NCBI GenBank assembly: GCA_964345105.1
Contig: CAYFPZ010000063.1
Location: 1 to 46,781, forward strand
Origin: Candidatus Hadarchaeota archaeon
Lineage (GTDB): Archaea > Hadarchaeota > Hadarchaeia > Hadarchaeales > Hadarchaeaceae
Length of the DNA: 46,781 nt
Direction: 5' to 3'
Both the position numbers and the translations under genes were made by a program. The notes beneath the pieces are model-generated. The model did no database searches, had not been told where the DNA came from, and saw nothing but the letters and a program-made list of their open reading frames with translations. Positions 29,127 through 38,292 of this stretch are shown here, piece by piece; within the stretch, counting starts at the first letter, position 1; each line of letters begins with the position of its first letter.

Positions 29127-29714
29127 ATGAGATTGTGCGAACTCCTCGAGCAGCTCAACAACCTCAAGCGAATCCCTCGCACTGGCTGGTTGATCTGCAA
29201 CGTCCCACTTAGCGAGGTCGAGGATGTGGCGCAGCACACCTTCGACGTTACGGCAATAACCCTGTTACTTGCCGATGAACTCGAGCGTAAAGGCAAGAAA
29301 CTTGACAGGGAGCGAGCTCTAAGCATGGCGGTCGTGCATGATTGGGCTGAGGCCGAGGCCGGAGATTTTCCCTACACGGCTTTGAAATACTTAGGTCCCG
29401 CGGGCACGAAGAAACGCATCGAGAGGGGAGTACTTGAGGATATTCTGGGTAAGCTGCCGAATAAAGAAAAATACCTAAAGCTTTGGCGGGAGTATAGCGA
29501 GAAACGCACCCTTGAGGCTAAGCTCGTCCATGCGGCAGATTACCTCTCAGTGCTTGTGCAGGCGGTCAAATATCGAGAGCGAGGCAATCGTTCGAAGAAA
29601 CTCGATGAACTTTGGCGTGCGGTTCACAAAGATATCAAGATTTATGAAAAGGAGTTGCCACCAGTAATGGCGTTGATAAAAGAGCTGGACGGACGTTATT
29701 ATAGTCTTCAATGA
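29127..29714 (+). CDS. HD-domain hydrolase (YfbR/5'-deoxynucleotidase-like)
   Basis: LKRIPRTGW, E.VAQH, VHDWAEA..GD, EAKLVH.AD. Confidence 0.88.
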   Translation: MRLCELLEQLNNLKRIPRTGWLICNVPLSEVEDVAQHTFDVTAITLLLADELERKGKKLDRERALSMAVVHDWAEAEAGDFPYTALKYLGPAGTKKRIERGVLEDILGKLPNKEKYLKLWREYSEKRTLEAKLVHAADYLSVLVQAVKYRERGNRSKKLDELWRAVHKDIKIYEKELPPVMALIKELDGRYYSLQ

Positions 29715-29773
29715 ACAAACTTATTCCATTTGCGGGGACTGGAATATTTCACATTTAAGAAGAAGATGAAGTT

Positions 29774-31714
29774 TCAAACGGGTTGTTTTTCCATCATTTT
29801 TCTGAATTCTTCATATGCCTGTTTTAATTCCTCTACGGAAGCTTCATCCTCCAACGTGGTGACATCACCTAATGGTATCTGTGAGGCTATTGCTTTCAAA
29901 ACTCTTCTCATAATTTTGCCGCTTCTTGTCTTTGGAAGTTTTGAAACGAAGTGTATTTCCTCTGGTGTCGCAATAGGCCCGACAGAATTTCTTAGATGTT
30001 TTGTTAAATCTTTTTTAAGTTCTTCGCTGGGTTCATATTTTTTTCTTAACATAGCGAAGACTATAATAACTTCACCTTTAATCTGATCCGGCTTGCCGAT
30101 TACTGCAGCTTCCGCTACCGCTGGATGGGAAACAAGTGCACTTTCCAGTTCCATGGTGCCTAACCTGTGTCCTGCGATTTTTAAAACTTCATCTGCCCTG
30201 CCAAGTAGCCAGAAGTATCCTTCCGAGTCTTTTATACAGTAATCTCCTGTGTAGTAAAGATTTGGAAACTTAGACCAGTAAGTTTGCTTATAACGTTCAG
30301 GATCCTTGTATAGTGTCATTAACATGCCTGGCCAAGGCTTCTTTATAATGAGGTAACCCCTTACGCCTGGAATCGCGGGTATGCCGTTTTCTTCTACCAC
30401 ATCGGCGTCAATGCCAGGTAACGGGAATGTTGCAGATCCAGGTTTCAGCGGGACCAATCCTATGCCAGGCGCGGGTGAAATCATCACACCTCCTGTTTCT
30501 GTCTGCCACCAAGTGTCAACTATGGGACAGCGTTCTCCGCCTATGTTTTTGAAATACCATCTCCATGCCTCTGGGTTTATTGGCTCTCCTACAGTGCCTA
30601 AGATTGATAGGCTGCTCAAATCGTGTTTTTTAGGCCATTCTTCTCCGTATCTCATGAACATGCGTATGGCTGTTGGCGATGTGTAAAAGATTGTTACCTT
30701 ATATTTTTCGATTATTTCCCACCATCTGTCCGGCTTTGGATAATCAGGTGCTCCTTCGTGTACAACTATAGACGCCCCATGCATTAGTGGCGCATAAACA
30801 ATGGAGCTGTGTCCAGTCACCCATCCCACATCAGCAGTGCACCAATATACGCTATCTTCTTTTATGTCGAAAACCCATTCATAGATGGAATTTATAAAGG
30901 TCAGGTAACCTCCTGTACTGTGAACTATGCCTTTTGGTTTTCCTGTTGTGCCTGACGTGTATAGAATATAAAGCGGATGAGTGCTTTCTACAAGCTCTGG
31001 AAGAATATATTCCCCGACATCTTTCGTTGTAATTTCGTGGTACCATAAATCTCTCCCTTTCTTCATGTTAACCTCTTGGCCTGTTCTTTTCACCACTATT
31101 ACTCTCTCAATTGATGGGGTATTCTCTAAGGCAGCGTCTACTATTTCTTTTAATGGTATTTTTTTCCCTCTTCTGAAGCCGCCATCTGCCGTTATGAGCA
31201 CTTTTGCTCCAGTTTCGTTCACTCGATCCGCTAGTGCCATTGAGCTAAATCCTGAAAATATCACGGTGTGTATTGCGCCTATCCTTGCTGTTGCCAACAT
31301 GGCAATTGGTAGTTCAGGTATCATAGGCAAATAGAGAGCTACCTTATCTCCGACCTTAACTCCGAGTTTTTGAAGCGCTGATCCTAAACGGTTTACCATC
31401 CTTCCTAGTTGCGAGTAACTTAATGCTCTTTCCTCACCGCTTTCTCCTTCCCAGTATATTGCTACTTTGTTTCTTCTCCAGGTTTTCAAGTGTCTATCAA
31501 CACATAAATAAGAGGCGTTGAGCATTCCTCCAACGAACCATTTTGCAAATGGAGGATTCCATTCAAGTACCTTATCCCATGTTTTGAACCATTCAAGTTT
31601 TCTCGCTTCTTGCCCCCAAAACTCTTCTAGGTTATCCAGTGACTTTCGGTACATATCTTCATATTTCCTTATCGGCCAATATTTCAGCTCCGCAAGAAGA
31701 GATTCTGGAGGCAT
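29774..31714 (-). CDS. acs: Acetyl-CoA synthetase (AMP-forming acetate-CoA ligase)
   Basis: LYTSGTTGKPKG, ADVGWVTGHS, VGEPINPEAW, DTWWQTETGG, GRADEV, LPKTRSGKIMRR. Confidence 0.96.
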   Translation of the reverse strand: MPPESLLAELKYWPIRKYEDMYRKSLDNLEEFWGQEARKLEWFKTWDKVLEWNPPFAKWFVGGMLNASYLCVDRHLKTWRRNKVAIYWEGESGEERALSYSQLGRMVNRLGSALQKLGVKVGDKVALYLPMIPELPIAMLATARIGAIHTVIFSGFSSMALADRVNETGAKVLITADGGFRRGKKIPLKEIVDAALENTPSIERVIVVKRTGQEVNMKKGRDLWYHEITTKDVGEYILPELVESTHPLYILYTSGTTGKPKGIVHSTGGYLTFINSIYEWVFDIKEDSVYWCTADVGWVTGHSSIVYAPLMHGASIVVHEGAPDYPKPDRWWEIIEKYKVTIFYTSPTAIRMFMRYGEEWPKKHDLSSLSILGTVGEPINPEAWRWYFKNIGGERCPIVDTWWQTETGGVMISPAPGIGLVPLKPGSATFPLPGIDADVVEENGIPAIPGVRGYLIIKKPWPGMLMTLYKDPERYKQTYWSKFPNLYYTGDYCIKDSEGYFWLLGRADEVLKIAGHRLGTMELESALVSHPAVAEAAVIGKPDQIKGEVIIVFAMLRKKYEPSEELKKDLTKHLRNSVGPIATPEEIHFVSKLPKTRSGKIMRRVLKAIASQIPLGDVTTLEDEASVEELKQAYEEFRKMMEKQPV

Positions 31715-31873
31715 TTTACAAACCACCAAAGTTTAAATTCGATTTTGTTAGATTAAAACTTTTTTATTATATTTATATTATCTATTTAGCTTCCAAATAA
31801 ATTCGATCAATAGAAGTCAGTTTATTAAGACCTTTAATCATGTCTAAATATCTATAATTGAAAGGTCATTAGA

Positions 31874-33742
31874 ATGGACCAGGTCTCAATAGTCTTTCAG
31901 CCCTATGGCAAGAGGGTCCGCGCGTCTAAAGATGATAACATGCTGGAGATTGCAAGTGGGGCTGGAATAAATATCCGGAGTATATGCGGCGGCAAGGGGA
32001 GCTGCGGCAAGTGCAAGGTGATCATAAGAAAAGGGGAGATCGATTTTAGGTACAGCCCAAAGGAAAAACTTCTGACGGAGGAAGAACTCTCAAGCGGGTA
32101 CGTGTTGGCCTGTTTGGCCCGCTGCGGGTCGGACTGTGAAGTGCTGGTTCCACCTGAGTCTAGGATCGAGGGACAAAAAATACTCTCGGACGCCGCGATA
32201 CCCGAAATCCAGATTGACCCCGCGATTAAGAAATTCTTTGTCCCGTCCAAGCAACTTCGCGGCCAATCCGCCGAACAGCTCATGAAGGGCTTTCAATCGT
32301 TTACCAAGGCGCGCAGCTTCTCGGACGAAGTCGGTTCAAAGCTAAAGTCTATCGCTGAACGGTGCGGCGAGGAAGGAGCAACCCTGACCGTTGGGCTGTT
32401 GGAGCCTACGAAGATTTTGGATGTAGAGGTCGGGGATACATCGAAAAGGAACTTCGGCCTTGCGGTCGATATCGGGACAACAAAGCTTTCTGCATATCTC
32501 GTGGACCTAACGACGGGAAAAATCCTCGGAAGTGAATCCGATTACAACCGACAGCTGATGTACGGTGAAGACTTGGTTTCGAGGATTGGGTACACGGTGG
32601 ACAGAGAAGATGGGATAAAAAACATGCAGAGGGCGGTGCTTAATACAGCTAATAGCTTAATCAAAAGGCTGGCCTCGAATCACGGCGTGGAAGCGAGTTG
32701 GATAACGGACGTGTGTATTGCAGGGAATACCGTGATGACCTACTTTTTCCTGAATAAGGATGCATCTCCTCTCCTTGAGCCGAACGCTGAGGTATCCAAG
32801 CGATCAATGATTACGGATGCTCAGTCCATAGGTCTTGGGGTTAATTCCGCGGCAAAAGTTTACTGCTTGCCTTGCGTGAGCAGATTTTTAGGTGGGGACA
32901 TCATTGGGGACATCCTGCTCTCGCGAATGTACGCATCTGAAGAAATCTCCTTGCTCTTAGATATCGGGACAAACGTCGAGGCCATCTTCGGGAGCAAGGG
33001 GTGGTTCCTTTCTACGACTGCGGCTGCGGGCCCGGCTTTTGAAGGGTGGGGGATAAAATTCGGGATGAGGTCGGTCGAAGGGGCAATAGACCACGTGAAG
33101 ATCGATCCGGCGACTCTAAAGGCAAGCTTTACAGTTATCGGAGAGGTTAAACCGAGGGGAATCTGTGGTTCGGGCTTGATAGATGCGATGAGCGAGATGT
33201 TCAGGAATGGTATCTTAGATAGCTTGGGGAAGGTGAACCAGAAGCTGGACTCCCCCTACGTTCGGAGTGGAGAGGAAGGATACGAATACGTTGTGGTGCC
33301 AGCTTCTGAAACGGACATCGGTAAAGACATAGTCATAACCGAGAAGGACATCCTAAACCTCATCGATTCTAAAGCCGCGGCTTGCTCCGCCATCAGCGTC
33401 ATAATGAAAAAAATGAATTTGTCCGTGCACGATGTCGCCAACGTGTACGTCTGTGGTGCGTTCGCCAACTACATGGACCTGAACAGCGCGATGGCGATAG
33501 GTCTCCTGCCGGAATTCCCCAAAGCTCAAATGAAGTTCCTCGGAAACGGCTCGGTGGCCGGGGCTTACTTGACGCTAATCTCTCAGGAGCAGAGGAAAAA
33601 GGCCAATGAGATAGCAAGCTTGATAGCCTACTTCGATTTGCTCAAAGATGCGGACTTCATGGACGAATATACGGCGGCCTACATGCTTCCCGGCAAACGT
33701 GAGCTTTTCCCGACGTGGTGGGAAGCGAGCCGGAAAAAGTAA
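31874..33742 (+). CDS. ATP-dependent reductive activator of corrinoid proteins (RACo/AcsV-like; ASKHA with N-terminal [2Fe-2S])
   Basis: CGGKGSCGKC...LAC, AVDIGTT, G.DLVSRI, DIGTN.E, AAGPAFEG, GICGSG; adjacent to the cdhDE corrinoid genes. Confidence 0.9.
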   Translation: MDQVSIVFQPYGKRVRASKDDNMLEIASGAGINIRSICGGKGSCGKCKVIIRKGEIDFRYSPKEKLLTEEELSSGYVLACLARCGSDCEVLVPPESRIEGQKILSDAAIPEIQIDPAIKKFFVPSKQLRGQSAEQLMKGFQSFTKARSFSDEVGSKLKSIAERCGEEGATLTVGLLEPTKILDVEVGDTSKRNFGLAVDIGTTKLSAYLVDLTTGKILGSESDYNRQLMYGEDLVSRIGYTVDREDGIKNMQRAVLNTANSLIKRLASNHGVEASWITDVCIAGNTVMTYFFLNKDASPLLEPNAEVSKRSMITDAQSIGLGVNSAAKVYCLPCVSRFLGGDIIGDILLSRMYASEEISLLLDIGTNVEAIFGSKGWFLSTTAAAGPAFEGWGIKFGMRSVEGAIDHVKIDPATLKASFTVIGEVKPRGICGSGLIDAMSEMFRNGILDSLGKVNQKLDSPYVRSGEEGYEYVVVPASETDIGKDIVITEKDILNLIDSKAAACSAISVIMKKMNLSVHDVANVYVCGAFANYMDLNSAMAIGLLPEFPKAQMKFLGNGSVAGAYLTLISQEQRKKANEIASLIAYFDLLKDADFMDEYTAAYMLPGKRELFPTWWEASRKK

Positions 33743-33759
33743 AGGTGCCTGTTCGTCAT

Positions 33760-35178
33760 TTAGGATTTTTTCCATTTCTCCTGAATGAACTTCGGTATTC
33801 CTGAGGAGTCCCGGGGCCCTACCATGACTTTCCACCCGGTCTCGTCCTCGATCTCCCCCGAAAGCCTCGCGGCCATTCCCGGGATTATGAGAGTTTTGTG
33901 TTTGACCATCTTTTCCACCCCTGATTCCTTGACGACCTCGGCCACCTCCTTTGCGGTCAACTTTCTTCCGGCAACGGCGCTCTCAAGAGATATCCCCTCG
34001 GAGTCGGCCACGAGCAGGTAGCAATCGATTTTAGCGGCCTCGATATCCCCGGAGACGATATAATAGGTTAGGGCGAAGTTGCTCGTCACGAAGACGGGGG
34101 ATGTTTCATTTGGGTTACCTATGGTCCTCAATCCAGGCTTGACCGAGACGGGCTTCCTTGGGTCCGTGTATATGTTGAATCTCAGCACGACGTTCGGCAA
34201 TAGGGTCCAGCCCTCCAAGCTGTGCATTATCAATATGTCTGCATACCTCTCAATCAGCATGGCCGCTACGAGCGCCTCTCGCCAGGCCTTCGATTGGTCT
34301 TCCCCATCAGATGATGCCCACGCGGTTATCGGGGCTCCCATCAAGGGAAAACCGGATAGTTTATCTTCTTCATTGCAAGCCTTCCATCTGAGCATTGTGA
34401 GTGCATTTATGGTTGACGATAGACCTTTGCCAGCAAATGTGCCTGGGTCAATCACCAAGTTTTCCACCCCGTAGTCCAGAAGCGTTTTAGTCAGAGATCT
34501 TAACGTGCCCAAGTCATTCGGGCTGGAAACGGTCAAAGGGCACTTGTGTTTTAAAGAGAGTTCGGCCATCTCCTTCCAGTTATCCTTCGTTGCCGCGTAG
34601 AGAAGGGGGCTACTCTCCCCGATTGCCGATAATCCGGCCATCATGACTTCCGGGTTCAACGAACAGAGGACGAGGGGCAGGTTCGTTTTATCGCTCACGA
34701 ATTTTACGATTTCCCCGAATTTTTTTGGTTCGTTCGAGACTGATCTGACGGCCAAGGCATCGAGTTTTAGATTCTTCCCTATGTAGGTGTAATTGAAATC
34801 TTCAACGAACTTGATCCTTTTCATCAACTCACTTTCACTCATTTCATCGGTTACATCGAGGGCGATCGTTGTGGGGTTTAAGTAAGTGAGTTCGTGCCTA
34901 TACATGACGAATTCTCCCCCGAGCTTTGCCTTCTTATCCTTGTTCCCGAACTCCACCTCGCTCACAGGTGGGTTCAGCATGGCCTTCAACTCCGAGTAAT
35001 TCTTCTTGTACTTTTCATCCTCCAAGAGCGGGGTGCACTTTTCGAGTTTTGTCTCCATGTTCACGAGCCCCACTGCGAAGGCCATGCAGTTTTCCGCCCC
35101 GCACTTCTTGCAGTTGGTCCTCGGGAGCAGCGTGTAAACTTTGATTGGACTAATGGCCTTCTTAGGCACTTCAACCAC
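33760..35178 (-). CDS. cdhE: ACDS complex gamma subunit (corrinoid Fe-S protein large subunit)
   Basis: LPRTNCKKCG..CMAFA, YRHE, IYTDPRKP, VTSNFALTY, VGPRDSSGIP. Confidence 0.95.
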   Translation of the reverse strand: MVEVPKKAISPIKVYTLLPRTNCKKCGAENCMAFAVGLVNMETKLEKCTPLLEDEKYKKNYSELKAMLNPPVSEVEFGNKDKKAKLGGEFVMYRHELTYLNPTTIALDVTDEMSESELMKRIKFVEDFNYTYIGKNLKLDALAVRSVSNEPKKFGEIVKFVSDKTNLPLVLCSLNPEVMMAGLSAIGESSPLLYAATKDNWKEMAELSLKHKCPLTVSSPNDLGTLRSLTKTLLDYGVENLVIDPGTFAGKGLSSTINALTMLRWKACNEEDKLSGFPLMGAPITAWASSDGEDQSKAWREALVAAMLIERYADILIMHSLEGWTLLPNVVLRFNIYTDPRKPVSVKPGLRTIGNPNETSPVFVTSNFALTYYIVSGDIEAAKIDCYLLVADSEGISLESAVAGRKLTAKEVAEVVKESGVEKMVKHKTLIIPGMAARLSGEIEDETGWKVMVGPRDSSGIPKFIQEKWKKS

Positions 35179-36355
35179 CTAATTTCGCCGATGCCCAGTC
35201 GGGGATTTCCCTCGCTTCCCCGCCTTTGAGCAGATAATCGACGATCTCTTTCACGGTTTTCACGGATGTCGGGTGAAGCATCATGAGATAGTCCGAGCCG
35301 ACCAAGAGCATAGACAAAGCCGTTATAGTTTCCCATATGGGTCCTCTGATTTCCTTCGGGCCCCACATGGGTTCCATTTCCAACCAGGCCTCTCTGGAAG
35401 CCCAAGCGTTCGATATCCCAGAGACCAAGGGATGCTGAAGTTCTTGGTCACCTTTCAGAGCTGCAAGCCTAGCCCGCTCCGCGATGGTGAACCCGTATTC
35501 AAGACCATAACCTACCCCTGCGCAATTCGTGTCCATAACGATTTGGTCCTTTGACAGGTAATCGTAGAGCCTTCGGTTGAGCTCTCTAGCTTTGTCCAGG
35601 TCCATTTGAGTGAAAGCAATGGCTACGTGCCCGTGCTCTTTGAGAGATTTGCTCGATTTCTCGATATCCATGTCCAAGTTAAGAGAGTTTATCAGGAGCC
35701 TCTCGCCAGACCCCGCCTCGGCTACTTTTTCAAACACCTCAACATCTTTGGCGGGGTTTCCAGAACCTCCCACGCACAGCGGAACCTTGACAGCTTGGAG
35801 GACCTCTTCGACCAACCTCGCCGAGTCTCGGGGAGAGGTGTCTTTGATGTACGGGTCCGTGCTGACTAAGTGTAGGTTAACCATGTCTGCACCGTGTTTT
35901 TCAACACATTGCTTGGCCCACTCCGGGGGATCTTCTAACACGTCGCCAAAATGGGCCCTGACCGCCCCAGGGAGTGTGATCTTCATGTCGAACACATCCA
36001 TGGATATCACTGGACGGTGCACCATGGAGCCCTCGAACGTGTAGAATGCCGCTGTGGTCTCGCCCCCAATGATGTAACTCCTGTCCCTCGTCCCTCCATG
36101 GTCCACTCTGGCACCCAGCGTGACCTCGGGGATCTTTCCGACCCACTCGGTTTTCGGGGGACTGAATTCGACCTTGACCAACTCGGTCGGTTTTACTTTG
36201 GGAGGAATAACTCTGCGGAGGGTTGGAAGCATTTTTAATGTAAGTTCTTTGACATCGATTGTGACGTCTTCCAGCTCAACCTCCTCATACCTTAACAAAT
36301 TTCCAACTAAACTGTTGCTGAGCTTTTTGACGAGGTCATCTTCTTTTTTTGCCAT
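35171..36355 (-). CDS. cdhD: ACDS complex delta subunit (corrinoid Fe-S protein small subunit)
   Basis: LVSTDP, VGGSGNP.KD, GYGLEY..ERARLAALKGD, NAWASREAW, RGPIWE, MLHP. Confidence 0.95.
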   Translation of the reverse strand: MAKKEDDLVKKLSNSLVGNLLRYEEVELEDVTIDVKELTLKMLPTLRRVIPPKVKPTELVKVEFSPPKTEWVGKIPEVTLGARVDHGGTRDRSYIIGGETTAAFYTFEGSMVHRPVISMDVFDMKITLPGAVRAHFGDVLEDPPEWAKQCVEKHGADMVNLHLVSTDPYIKDTSPRDSARLVEEVLQAVKVPLCVGGSGNPAKDVEVFEKVAEAGSGERLLINSLNLDMDIEKSSKSLKEHGHVAIAFTQMDLDKARELNRRLYDYLSKDQIVMDTNCAGVGYGLEYGFTIAERARLAALKGDQELQHPLVSGISNAWASREAWLEMEPMWGPKEIRGPIWETITALSMLLVGSDYLMMLHPTSVKTVKEIVDYLLKGGEAREIPDWASAKLGG

Positions 36356-36377
36356 CTCCTTCCTCCAAAGTACTCGA

Positions 36378-37757
36378 TTACTCTTTTCTCTTTCGTCTTC
36401 GAATGATGACCTTTTCGGCGTAGATTTTCGCGTTTTTAAGGATGATGGTCATGCCACCAGTAGTTGGTATTGCGACCTCCCCGGTCGATTCAGCAGGTAC
36501 GGGCTCGTCAACTTCAGCTGGTACAGCAACTTCTGGCATGGCCTTCCAGCGCTCGGTGACTGGGTGTACGTGGGTTTCGAGGAATCCCTTCAAATCATCA
36601 ATTGTTCCCACGTCTTTTTCGGTCGCGATTTTGTCCACAACCTCCGCAGGTATGAAATCCTTGACTCTCTCCTTTATCACCGCGGGCATCCAAACTACAC
36701 GGTTCCATCCTCCGTCCACCTGAAGGAACTTGGGAGACCTCATGTATTCAATCGACAAGCCGTGGAAACCATCGACCTGCCTCCCCCCCGCAGTTGAATC
36801 AGCCATTGCCGAAAATGTCAATCCATTGACGGCCGGTCCTTTGAAATCTCGGTGAATCAGTCCGATACCATCCACTTCAGGAATGTAGAAAGCTGTCCCT
36901 TCAAAGCAGCCACACGATGTGTGGGGGTGGCCAAATGCTGTGTATAACTGCACTTTGTCATACTCCCCGAGCGTTTTTTCCTTCATTATTTTGTTAACAC
37001 CTTCGAATTCGCCTGCAAACTCGTCGATGGTTTTTCCCTTTTTGATTTCAAAGATTGAACCCTTAGGATCCACCCGCGCGGCGGCTCTTCCATCGAACCA
37101 ACTTATGGCACCGCAATTGGCGTATCTTTGTGGGGTTATTACGCAAACGTGAGTTGGAGCGAAGGATTGACAAAGTGTGCACCCGTAAAAAACCTCAACA
37201 TCGTCGTCCTTCAATCCCCGAGCCCTAGCATCGCGGGCCTCGTATATTTTGAGGGCCTCGGGATGCATTTCTTGTACTTTCGAGGGATCCGTGATAAAGG
37301 TGATTTGTATTTTTTCGATGATTGGCAATTCACTTCTGTACAACCTTTCCAAGACTTTTCCGATCAATTGAAGAGTCAATCCTTTTTTGACCGACTTTTT
37401 GCTCACGCGGAACCAGATGTCATAACGCTGGTTTAGGTGCATGAACCCCTCGATGTAATTGCAGAAATCGTGGATACGCCTCTCGAAGACCCCTTCCATC
37501 TCCTCCTCGAGCTCCTTGCCAGCAACTTCAATGTGAATTCCAAGTGGGACAGAACTTCCTTCCTTCAAATCCTTGAGTTCCGGGCCTATTACGGTGATTT
37601 TTCCGTCCTCAACATCATTCTTAACCCGCAAAAGTTCAAATTTATAATCTACTTTAGTTCCACCGAACTCTACATGCATGTCGGGTTTTCGGATTCTCTC
37701 TCCCTCGTATATCACCCCTACATCTACAGGGATGTCCGCAAACATGCCAGTTTTCAT
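36378..37757 (-). CDS. cdhC: ACDS complex beta subunit (acetyl-CoA synthase, A-cluster)
   Basis: YEGERIRK, ERRIH, YGCTLCQSFAP.HVC, CGAI, HTSCGCFE. The start overlaps the cdhB stop (ATGA). Confidence 0.96.
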   Translation of the reverse strand: MKTGMFADIPVDVGVIYEGERIRKPDMHVEFGGTKVDYKFELLRVKNDVEDGKITVIGPELKDLKEGSSVPLGIHIEVAGKELEEEMEGVFERRIHDFCNYIEGFMHLNQRYDIWFRVSKKSVKKGLTLQLIGKVLERLYRSELPIIEKIQITFITDPSKVQEMHPEALKIYEARDARARGLKDDDVEVFYGCTLCQSFAPTHVCVITPQRYANCGAISWFDGRAAARVDPKGSIFEIKKGKTIDEFAGEFEGVNKIMKEKTLGEYDKVQLYTAFGHPHTSCGCFEGTAFYIPEVDGIGLIHRDFKGPAVNGLTFSAMADSTAGGRQVDGFHGLSIEYMRSPKFLQVDGGWNRVVWMPAVIKERVKDFIPAEVVDKIATEKDVGTIDDLKGFLETHVHPVTERWKAMPEVAVPAEVDEPVPAESTGEVAIPTTGGMTIILKNAKIYAEKVIIRRRKRKE

Positions 37758-38290
37758 TTCCCTTCCACCTTTTGCGCAATTATTTCCAAGTTTTTGTGCC
37801 AATCTTTAAGCGGGAGATTTGGGAAAGACCAACTGCAATGTGGTTGATAAAACCTATTTAGGGAGATCGTCCTGAGGTTGGGAACAAAGGACTTGAGCCC
37901 CGATTCGATTACCCATTCCATGTAATATGGAATTCCTAGGAGCAACGCGAGGTCGTGGGGACCTCCTTCACCCGAAATGCTCCACTCCGGATCGGTGAGT
38001 CTGGTACCTATATCCATCGCGGACATCCAAGCATCCGGCTGAAAATCCCTCTTAAGGAACTCCGCAACCGTTTGAGCCGTGGCAACTACGGGGATTTTCA
38101 TAGCTCTTGCGATGCGAATGACGTAATCGATCGGCTTTTTATCCCCCAAATCGACCTCAGCAGCCTCATGCCCAACGATGAAAATTGGGCGTTTAGCTTT
38201 CTGTATCATTGCGGAAACCACTTCCGGCTTTTTGATTACGAGGGCCTTTTTCGGACCAGGAATTTCCGCTTTCTGCCAAGGCTCGGCCAT
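37754..38290 (-). CDS. cdhB: ACDS complex epsilon subunit
   Basis: MI.KAKRP..IVG, L.DPEW..G.G..DL..L.G..YY, A/CSWSFPN; lies between cdhA and cdhC. Confidence 0.93.
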   Translation of the reverse strand: MAEPWQKAEIPGPKKALVIKKPEVVSAMIQKAKRPIFIVGHEAAEVDLGDKKPIDYVIRIARAMKIPVVATAQTVAEFLKRDFQPDAWMSAMDIGTRLTDPEWSISGEGGPHDLALLLGIPYYMEWVIESGLKSFVPNLRTISLNRFYQPHCSWSFPNLPLKDWHKNLEIIAQKVEGK

Positions 38291-38292
38291 GC

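Noticed and set aside
36120..36797. 225-aa plus-strand ORF and the many other antisense or overlapping ORFs in the track
   Set aside because: Shadow frames of well-supported genes; no motifs or RBS.
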